DNA of 15,793 nucleotides, from assembly GCA_043228905.1 (NCBI GenBank), contig JBHGNT010000778.1, positions 1-15,793 of the forward strand. Reading direction: 5' to 3'. The notes below the pieces were generated by a model. It saw only the letters and a list, made by a program, of their open reading frames with translations, was not told the origin of the DNA and did not search any database. This document shows positions 1-8,507 of this stretch, piece after piece. The stretch's first letter is position 1. Every line of letters starts with the position of its first letter. Both the position numbers and the translations under genes were made by a program. Source of the DNA: Azolla caroliniana. Taxonomy: Eukaryota; Plantae; Polypodiophyta.

Positions 1-565
1 AAGCAGTACAAGAAGAGATACGGTCGGAGCCACCCACGGAGAGACTACAGACGGAAGCGCCGGTTGAGCCACAAAGCGACGAGCCTAACCACGTTACGGT
101 GCCACCAATCACAACAAGTAACGATGAACGCCAAATATCCTCGATATTTTGGAAGACGAGTAAAGGGAGGAGGGGTCCGACATGCCAAGGCATTGTCCCA
201 CAGGCGTGCTAGGTGTTGTTTGCCGTAAGAGGACACACGTAAATAACTCATGATAAAGAAGCGTATTAATTATAATAGAAGCGTTGAAGTAACGCGTTTA
301 ACGGTTTAGGCGGGAAGCGTAACCGACTAGGCCCTGTGTATATAAAGGGCATATGAACATTATAAAGAGCTAGCGCAATACTAAGCACAATCGTTTAATA
401 TAGTTTTGGTCTTCTCTAAGTTCTGTCTCTTATCTCTTGTCTCTTCTCTGTTGTCTCTGTGTGACTGTATCAACGTAAGTGTGTAAGGTGAATACAAGTT
501 GCGTGGTTACGCACACTAGGAGCTCGGTTGTAGCCGTCTCAAGTGTTACGCCGTTAGTAAACACA
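1..565 (+). mobile_element. Probable 3' portion of an LTR (3' LTR or solo LTR) of a separate retrotransposon
   Basis: Non-coding, with recurring GAAGCG motifs, TATATAAA at 339-346 and a CT-rich tract at ~405-460. It ends ...GTAAACACA (CA end at 563 or 565) immediately before the TG of the next LTR. No PBS follows and no second copy is in the window. Confidence 0.4.
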
Positions 566-803
566 TTGTCGTGAAAATATGATGAGGATACATGAACTTG
601 ACGCAAGACCTCGGGGCCTCCAAACAGAAGATATTAGATTCGTGCGTTTATACTTTTAACAATTAATGGGAATGAGAAAATTTAGTAATTTTTCATTAGC
701 AAAGGGAAAGAAAATTCCAATATGTCCCAAGATTGGGATTCAGAAGTTTTAGGTTTACTGAGATTAATAGAAAAAAAGAAAAATTAGGGTTTTTGAGAGA
801 TAT

Positions 804-1784
804 GGCTTCTGTAAAGAAAATTACGGTTTATGGCCCTGATAAAAAAATTAGGGTTTTTGAGTGTTATGGCTTTGATAAGATAAGGGAGCAACCCCCATGG
901 AGAAAAGAAGAGAGTAAAATATATATGGGGTTCTTTGTTGATCTTTGCCTTTGATGTTCCTTTGCATGCCCACTTTTAGTTGCATGACCGTTACTTTTAG
1001 TTGCATGGCCTTTACTTTTAGTTGCATCAATCATCCATAAAGTTCAGCCCGTGCATGATTCGTACTTGCGTCCCGACCGACTCGAGCCGTGCAATTGTCC
1101 TGACCGAGCCGTGCGTGCATCCCGCAATTGAGCCACACCAAGCCGTGTGTAATGAACCGTCGAGCCCACGTCCTTTTGAACTATGCACGCATCCCGCACT
1201 TCAGCCGCCAAGCCGTACGTCACAAATTGCCGACCCACGCGTCCTTCCGAACCGTGCATGCGCCCGTGTGTAATGAACCGTCGAGCCCACGTCGGGCTTC
1301 TGTAAAGAAAATTACGGTTTATGGCCCTGATAAAAAAATTAGGGTTTTTGAGTGTTATGGCTTTGATAAGATAAGGGAGCAACCCCCATGGAGAAAAGAA
1401 GAGAGTAAAATATATATGGGGTTCTTTGTTGATCTTTGCCTTTGATGTTCCTTTGCATGCCCACTTTTAGTTGCATGACCGTTACTTTTAGTTGCATGGC
1501 CTTTACTTTTAGTTGCATCAATCATCCATAAAGTTCAGCCCGTGCATGATTCGTACTTGCGTCCCGACCGACTCGAGCCGTGCAATTGTCCTAACCGAGC
1601 CGTGCGTGCATCCCGCAATTGAGCCACACCAAGCCGTGTGTAATGAACCGTCGAGCCCACGTCCTTTTGAACTATGCACGCATCCCGCACTTCAGCCGCC
1701 AAGCCGTACGTCACAAATTGCCGACCCACGCGTCCTTCCGAACCGTGCATGCGCCCGTGTGTAATGAACCGTCGAGCCCACGTC
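804..1784. repeat. Direct tandem duplication of 490 bp (804-1293 and 1295-1784)
   Basis: The copies are offset by 491 bp with one extra G at 1294. I saw only one substitution (G1102 vs A1593). The ORF track shows duplicated ORFs with the same offset. Confidence 0.95.
972..1027. repeat. 21-bp-period minisatellite (ACTTTTAGTTGCATG core x3), repeated at 1463-1518
   Basis: Cores start at 972, 993 and 1014. Confidence 0.9.
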
Positions 1785-1877
1785 CTTTTGAACTGTGCAC
1801 CCATCCCGCGATTCAGACGCCAAGCCGTACGTCACAAACTGTCGAGCCACGCATCCTTCCGAACGGTGCATGCGCCC
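1636..1877. repeat. Two diverged 121-bp GC-rich tandem units in the U3 region of the LTR (a further copy at 1145-1265)
   Basis: GTGTGTAATGAACCGTCGAGCCCACGTC starts at 1145, 1266, 1636 and 1757. Confidence 0.9.
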
Positions 1878-2115
1878 GTGCGTCGTTCTAACCATTCATC
1901 AACACAATCTAGCCCAAATCACCTTGAACATTCTATGCTCCACACATTGATATAACAAATATGTTCTGACCCTCCTTATATACTATTGGATCCGATGTTG
2001 TCCTATCTATGTGGGATATCTTGAAGACGTCCATCTTTTTGTACTAAGACATTTAAATTAATCTAAAACAATTATTTACTATTTTTTGACATCGTGTGTG
2101 AAGAACTACATGACA

Positions 2116-2130
2116 TTCACCCCCACCAAA
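2116..2130 (-). other. Polypurine tract of the Gypsy element
   Basis: The minus strand reads TTTGGTGGGGGTGAA immediately before the TGTC LTR start, ~50 bp past the integrase stop. Confidence 0.8.
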
Positions 2131-2179
2131 CCTGCACATCCACCAATATGTGCCAATTGTGGTGAGGTTCCTCTTTTGA

Positions 2180-3400
2180 TTACTCTTTTTCAACCTCGAT
2201 GGTCGAGGCTACATCGTTTAGAGCTTTGATTTCAAGATTTGGGGCCTCTCTTCTCTTAAAGATCTTGATTCTGTTTCTTGCAATTGGCAAAGCAAGTGGT
2301 GTACCATCCAGTTCTACTAAACGATATGTTGCATTATTTTCCACTTTCTTCAGCACATGGTCCAAACCATCGTTGTGAAAATTTTCGAGCCGTACTATGT
2401 TGGTTGTCTAGGCTACTGTCGTAGACCAGCACCCAATCTCCTTCAACGATTTTCCTCGAACAAAGTCAATGTCGTTTGTCGAAGTCTTTCTTGTTTTTCA
2501 GCCTTGCATTCTTTTGCCACGCTTTAGCCACTTCTATATCTTCCAACTTCCGCTCCAACTAGTGAATCTTCAATGCTAGAAGATCTTCTCTACTTATCTC
2601 ATCTTGCCATGGCAATGCAAACCATGAAACTGTAATACTCTGTTCCACTGGCATTATCGGCTTCTGACCGAATATAAGATCTTCCAGCATGTATCCCATC
2701 ACCGTGCGATGAGTAGTCCTGTCAGCCCATAGTGCAAATGGCAATAGACATGGCCATTCTCCTATTTTCCCATGGCAAGCTCTCACTAGAGCCTTCACAA
2801 TCAGTCCATGTCCACATTCCACTTTCCCATTCGCTTCCAGATTATACGCCGTGGTAAGAGATAATTTGATTCCCATCCCTAGACAAGAATTCTCTAGCTT
2901 CATTGGCATCCAACTCGCCTCTATCAACCACTATCTTGCTGACGCATCCACATCTGCAAATAACATCTCCAAGAAGGAATCTGCATACTGATGATGTCTT
3001 CTTAATTCTCAATGCTAGCCCTTCAACTTGATTGGTAAGATCCTCTCTCGCGAGCACAAGATACTTCATTTGCCATCGCCCCATTGGCATCATTACGATG
3101 TCCACCATCCACTTGTCATGCATAGCCAACGGGTAAGTCAGATGAAGTTCATCTCGATGGCGAACATTTGAAAACATCTAGCATTCCTTACATGTTTCCA
3201 CATAAGTTGCTACATCTTTGTAGATGCACGACCACCAATATTTCTCCTTAAGCTTCGCGAATGTAGCCCATATTCCTCGATGGCCTACAAAAACATTGTC
3301 ATGAAATTCAGACATTAGTTTTTGTCGGTCTTCCAGCTTGCAAACAACTCTCATTGGGGTCCCATTCTTCTGTTTTGCATGCCTCCAAAGAGCTCCATCC
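2180..3400 (-). pseudogene. pol: Gypsy integrase (HHCC zinc finger, DDE core, GPY/F-type tail), disrupted
   Basis: H..GHRGIWATFAKLKEKYWW..CKEC, KWMVDIV, VVDRGE, YNLEANGKVE and NATYRLVELDG are spread over ORFs 3178-4038, 2842-3177, 2559-2927 and 2180-2365, with stops and frameshifts. Confidence 0.92.
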
Positions 3401-5175
3401 TTAAGGAAATACTTGTACCCCTTCTTCCGAATTTGGTGGAAGTCTTCTGTAAACCATGATTCATCTTTTTGGAGAGAACTCAAGTATTTCCCGATCTCCA
3501 CGAATTCTCCTTCGTAGTCCTCTTCTATGAAAGTAGTCAGCACCCGAGGATAGGAACTTGTAAAGAAATCCAAGCCAACATCCTCTTCATTAGAATGTCG
3601 ATCTTCTTCTCCGTCGTATCTTTCTCGTGCTAGTATGTCTGCAATGACGTTACGCTTCCCAGCTACATGAAGGATCTCTAGGTTGAGTGATTTGATATAT
3701 GCAATCCAACGTAGTATGGCAATATCTAGTGTACTACAACTACATATCATACCCAAGATTGGTAGGCAATCTGTCTCGATTATGACTTCTCCTCCAATAA
3801 GGTAGTCACGATCAGACTTGATTGCCGATACAATTCCCCATAGCTTCCTCTTCACTTGGGCATACCTTCTTTGCCTATCACTTAACACTTTTGCGCAAAA
3901 CTGAATTGCATATCGGTTGCAATCTTCGTCTTCTTGGTTGACAACCCATCCAATTCCAGTCGGACTAGTATCCACGGTCACGAAAATGGGCTTGCCGTTT
4001 GAATAGTCTGCCTTCCATAATGCAGGTGCCTCCATCAATAATTTCTTCAGCCTTCAGACGGAGAAAGTATGCTCGCTCATCCATTCGAACCTCTACTTCT
4101 TCTTTAGTAGACCATACAATGGCTCAACAATGTGGGCGTAGTGTGGAATCCAAATATGATAAAACACACATGCTCCAAGGAACCTTTGAGCCTCCGTTTG
4201 GGTTACTCATTCTTCTTTCATGTCTTGGATCGCATTCACCTTGGATGGTGAAGCCTTCTGACTGTATGCTCCACACAAGTGACCAACCACCAAGATCTCT
4301 AGTTTCCCGAATGAGATTTTTTCTTCCGAAAATGTCAAATTCGCATCTTTGAGCATTTGAAGCACCTTCTCGCAATCTTTCATATGATCCATGACGAACT
4401 TTCTGCATCCATCCTTATCTTTCGATTCATCCTTCTCCTCATCCAAACATCCTTTTCTCGGATTGTCATCCAAGAATGGCATCGTGATGCTTGGGATGCA
4501 ATCCTTCAAGACCTTGTTCATGGCATTCACCATATGAGCCACCAAGTTCATTGCACCTTGAGGTAAGGTACACATCCGCACAAGCCCGATCGGAGTCCTC
4601 ATGGTTGTAATGTCACGACTGCTGATCGCCAACTGGAATTGATCATATCCAGAGTAGAGATCAGCAATGGAGTAGATGGACCGGCACGCAAACGCCTTGG
4701 CAAATTCATCCACACTCAGACCGATTCCATCATTCCAAATTCTTTCAAGCATTCTGCAGAACATTCGCTCCTCTTCAAGGGGGAGGAAATCCTCCCTTCC
4801 AACTTGTACCTTTCCTTTCATCTCTTCAATGAAGACGTGACCTATTGTCTTTGGATTCCTTAAGCTTGGATCTCTTGCAACTTCCTTCATCTTTTGCCAG
4901 CTATCTTCCGGTAGCGGAATTGCAATTGGCTTCATCTTCCTATCCACCATTTTATATTTTGTGGTGACTTTAGCTTCCTCCATCAAGATGCCTCGATGAT
5001 ATTCATCAATGATAGTATACATGTTGACAGAGTTAACAGAAATCACATGTTGATTGTGAGGATAGCTCAAGTCCATGACTTCCTCTATTTCGCCGATGGT
5101 GTTGTTAAATGAGGCTTCCTCCAGAATATGAGATAGGAATTCTTCTTCTTCGATTATGCTTTCTTCGTCTAGCAC
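3401..5175 (-). pseudogene. pol: Gypsy reverse transcriptase and RNase H, disrupted
   Basis: RT motifs ADLYSGYDQ, LPQGAMN, PFLDD (FLDD at 4465-4476), VVGH and RFLG. RNase H motifs VTVDTSPTGIG, RYAQVKRKLWGI, IETDC and GKRNVIADIL. In-frame stops lie between 4039 and 4209. Confidence 0.95.
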
Positions 5176-5399
5176 CTTCTTGGAGTCTTGTATCCAATGC
5201 TTGTCCTTCTGGTTGAGTAGTGTTAGTTTACATGTGCCCTAGGTGTGACGCATGTTGCTTCTCCTTGCAATCCACGGTCTTTGCTTCCTTGTGGAGATTT
5301 TTGATTGCTCAGACTATTTGTGGGCCATGCGTCAATAGTTCGCTTTAAAAATCTGAGGATTCACCTCCAAGGCTATCTCAGTTCCTTTCGTGATTAGCT

Positions 5400-6075
5400 C
5401 GCACCATCAGGAGTTGAACAGATCTTTCACTATCAAGACTCTTGACTCACGCAAAGGCTACTCCATTATCGAACACCTTGGTCTCCATCCGGGACAATGT
5501 TATATACGGTTGTCCTAGGATGACAGGATGCAAAGCCGAGTCTTGCACAAAGAAGTGTTGATCAATCTCCACATCCCTGATCGTGACCTTAACATTGGGG
5601 CAAGCTACGTACAAGTCCATGTGGCCTTCGTTGCCACTGAAATCCTCCATCCGTGGTTTGTATTAATCGGCCATCTTCCTTTCTTGTAAAACTCGGTCGA
5701 CATGAGGTTGATCTCCAAGCCATGGTCAATCAAGGCCACCACGGTCTCTTTCTTCTTCTCGATCTTCACCGGCATCTCCGTTGTCGCTCTTGGCCAATGA
5801 GGTTGAGAGTAATGGCTATCTCCCACCACTTCTTCTTCCTCCTCCTCTTTCGATCTTGTCATGGTTATGGCACTTGTTTTCATCTCCCCTTCATCATATT
5901 GTTGCCGCTTCCACTTAATAAGGTCCACGATAGTATCATGGAACTCCTTCTTCGCGATCCCAAGTAGTTCTCTCAAAGTAAGGTCGACATGACTATCTAA
6001 AGCCTTCTTCTCAAGGACCTTCTGCAAGTTAGTTGTTTGTTCTATGTCCAACCTTAACTTGTAAGTCTGTGCCAC
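5400..6075 (-). pseudogene. pol: Gypsy aspartic protease region, frameshifted
   Basis: VVALIDHGLEINLMS (D-H-G at 5719-5727) and downstream PVILGQPY (ILG motif) lie in adjacent frames. Confidence 0.88.
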
Positions 6076-7426
6076 TTATTCTTCTTCTTTCTTCGCTGAT
6101 TCATCAACTTCCATCTGAGCAGGTTGGCTCAATCCATTGGGCTTCATGCTTGTTTCTCCAACCTCTCTTCGTGGCGTCCATTGGGCTTGCCCTTCTTCTT
6201 ATTGGAACCTCGTACCTCGTATTGGAACGCTTTGATGTGCCATCTTCTTCTCCAGTTCTTTTCCTCTATTCTTCGACAAGAGCTTCATAGTTATCGCACA
6301 CAACCTCCGCAAAGCTAGTGTTATCATCGATTAGATCAGACCATCTCATAACTTGTCGCATGTTCCGATTAGCAAGTTTTAGATCCTCCAAATCGATTTT
6401 CCTTTTTTCTCGCACTTGAAGACCGTCAGCCAAAACCCAACTCCTAGCTTGATCATTTTAAGATTCTCTCTTCCAAGTCATATCCCGGCCGATGCAGCAT
6501 AGTGATGGCTTCCACATGCCTTGTGTCTTCCTCTTCCACAATCTTTTCATCCCGCCTCTTCCGAAGATCACTCGTAGTGGCTTCCGGGTCTCGCTCGAGT
6601 GGATCATGTTGCCCTTGGGCCCGCGTCGACCTAAGTTGGCTAGTGATACAGCTTCAAACTTCTTGGAGAGCTCTTCGATTATAGATTCCTCCATCGCTTT
6701 CTTGTCAAAATTGTTGATCAGCTTGCTCGGCTCGATCATTGTAGGCATTGTCCTCCACGATTGTGGATTCTCCACATCAGTCTCCTCTAACCATTGTCGA
6801 TGCTTATCAAGACGGCTACAAGCCTTCTTCACCGCCGCCCAATCCGCTACCAAGCCATTTGGTTGCGTTTCAACCTCCAAAAGGCTGCCCAATTCTCGCC
6901 GTTCTTTCATATCCACCACCTTCAAGAACAGCAAGACTTTATCTCTTTCGAGAACTCGTTGATCCGCACTCAGAAGTCAGTTGTACTTTTCGTCAAATTC
7001 CGCATATACTCCTGCCGCACACATATTCTTCCCTTTCTTCTCGATCCAAATCATTAGTGTATGTCGAGTCATCCTTGATGCATCTTCAAGCATGTATTCA
7101 GCAAGAACCACATTTTCGAACTCCGCCCAAGTTGTGTGCTCATTTTAGATCTCCATTATGCGCTCACAGATCCCTGGTTCCACCACACGTTTAAAGCTAG
7201 AAATTTGTTTTAGATCATTGACATCCCTCTGCTACATCTCGTTTAGATAGGTAGCAAGGAAATCTGTGATATTCTTGCCACCAAACCATCCAACTATCTC
7301 CACCGTTCAATCAACATCTTTGTCGATTAAAGCCTCCCGATCTCTCACCTTCAGCATGTATTCCACGACGAACACCATGCCTTTCGTTAATTCCTCTCCT
7401 TGAGTTCTGCTTGTCGAAGCCATCAT
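6076..7426 (-). pseudogene. gag: Gypsy gag, disrupted
   Basis: The ATG at 7426, just after the PBS, is in frame with ORF 6458-6934 and reads MMASTSR...GWFGGKNITDFLATY...TTWAEFE... with several in-frame stops. Position is between the PBS and the protease. Confidence 0.8.
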
Positions 7427-7454
7427 CGCACTTGATATCCTCCTACCGCCTTGT

Positions 7455-7472
7455 TTCACGTTGGGTTCACCA
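7455..7472 (-). other. Primer-binding site complementary to the tRNA-Trp 3' end
   Basis: The plus strand reads TTCACGTTGGGTTCACCA versus the plant cytosolic tRNA-Trp end TTCACGTCGGGTTCACCA (17/18, tRNA sequence recalled). A 4-nt spacer separates it from the LTR end at 7477. Confidence 0.85.
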
Positions 7473-7476
7473 AAGA

Positions 7477-7744
7477 TGTTGCGAAAATACGACGAGTGTC
7501 ATGAACTTGAGGTAGGACCCTGGGTCCTCCGACCAAAGGATATGAGATTCATGCGTTTATACTTTTAACAATTAACGAAAATGAGAAATATTGTAATTTT
7601 CTTTTCCTTTGCTAATGAAAAATTACAATATTTTCTCATTTCCATTAATTGTTAAAAGTATAAACGCATGAATCTCATATCCTTTGGTCGGAAGCCCTGG
7701 TGTCCTACCTCAAGTTCACGTATCCTCGTCGTATTTTCACCACA
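7477..7744. repeat. 268-bp imperfect palindrome made of two oppositely oriented LTR U5 ends (remnant 5' LTR)
   Basis: 7477-7600 is the reverse complement of ~7619-7744 (roughly 88% by eye, with a perfect core of ~48 bp). It begins TG and ends CA, and both arms are homologous to 567-~690. Confidence 0.93.
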
Positions 7745-7859
7745 ATGCTCTAACTCACTACGTTCCACACGCTATGCAATTTCCTACCCTGTACCACGAT
7801 CACCTTGATACGTACCCCGAAGGACTGAGGGTAGGCCATGTTCCTAACCGGCAACACTT

Positions 7860-8507
7860 GGTTGCTTAACATGAGAACAAGTGACTGAAGAGTATTCGAT
7901 TACATCTTCATACAAGGAGTTATCGGAATATTTTATTGCTTTTAAGGATTGGGTTAGTATTACATATTTGAAATTTTCCATTCTAGTTTATTACATATGT
8001 GAACAATGTATGAGTTACTTCTTTTGTTGTTTCACATAGAAACCATGTCATAGCAAGAAGCCTGGATAAGTCAAAGACAAACATGATTTTCCAGCTTCCT
8101 TTCTTGCCCATCTTGAAAGAGCACAGAAACAAAACAATCGGTGCTTAATGAAGGCATTCGATGTGGACGATTACGGAACTTTCAAGAAGTTTAGCCACAA
8201 AAATGATGTCACCCAAGAATTGTATTATAATGTGTACTATGGTGATGTGCCAAAGATGATCCAGAAGTTGCCAAAGAAGCAGTACACGTTACTCATTGTG
8301 GATATTCCATACGATTTATATATGGTCGGATCTTCTTATGATGATTAACCATTTAGGTTCAAACAATTGGAGAAAATGGTGAAGGATTTCGCAAAAGTTG
8401 ACCAAAACGAGCTTGTGGAGAATAGTGGTCTTTCATAGCATGGACCAAAGATATTCTATGGCTCAAGCGTTGAGATCTCGTTGTCATGGTGTAGAGAACC
8501 TTGTTTG
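7860..8507 (+). pseudogene. Spliced pseudogene fragment resembling a beta-class N6-adenine/N4-cytosine DNA methyltransferase
   Basis: Putative exon ending 7952 (..KELSEYFIAFKDW), intron 7953-8039 (GTTAGT..CATAG), then exon 8040-8507. That exon reads ..NVYYGDVPKMIQKLPKKQYTLLIVDIPY..YDD*PFRFKQLEKMVKDFAK/LTKTSLWRIVVFHS..VENLVW followed by GTAAGC. It has two stops and one inferred frameshift. Confidence 0.65.

Larger units (their letters stand above)
567..2115 (-). repeat. 3' LTR of the Gypsy element (~1.55 kb including an internal duplication)
   Basis: On the minus strand it starts TGTCATG right after the PPT and ends CACGACA (6/7 terminal inverted repeat). The U5 end matches the LTR end next to the PBS at 7477. 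A TATA-like CCCCATATATATTTT lies at ~916-930 and ~1407-1421 (minus). Confidence 0.85.
567..7744 (-). mobile_element. Degenerate Ty3/Gypsy LTR retrotransposon (no chromodomain seen), near full length, with rearranged 5' LTR
   Basis: Minus-strand order is LTR remnant, PBS, gag, PR, RT, RH, INT, PPT, LTR, which is the Gypsy order. Sequence from 567 is homologous to sequence from 7477 in the same orientation. Confidence 0.93.

Noticed and set aside
1145-1877. CRISPR-like array
   Set aside because: The sequence between repeats is itself repeated (no unique spacers), there are no cas genes and the context is eukaryotic.
733-1955. Numerous short overlapping ORFs on both strands
   Set aside because: They arise from GC-rich LTR tandem repeats and have no recognisable protein motifs.
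3999-7194. Plus-strand ORFs over the Gypsy internal region
   Set aside because: They are antisense shadows of gag-pol with no independent motifs.
7455-7472. tRNA-Trp gene
   Set aside because: Only the 18-nt 3' end including CCA is present, next to an LTR, so it is a PBS.
7477-7744. miRNA precursor or independent MITE
   Set aside because: Both arms are homologous to the LTR end at 567 and abut the PBS. No TSD is visible (AAAGA vs ATGCT).
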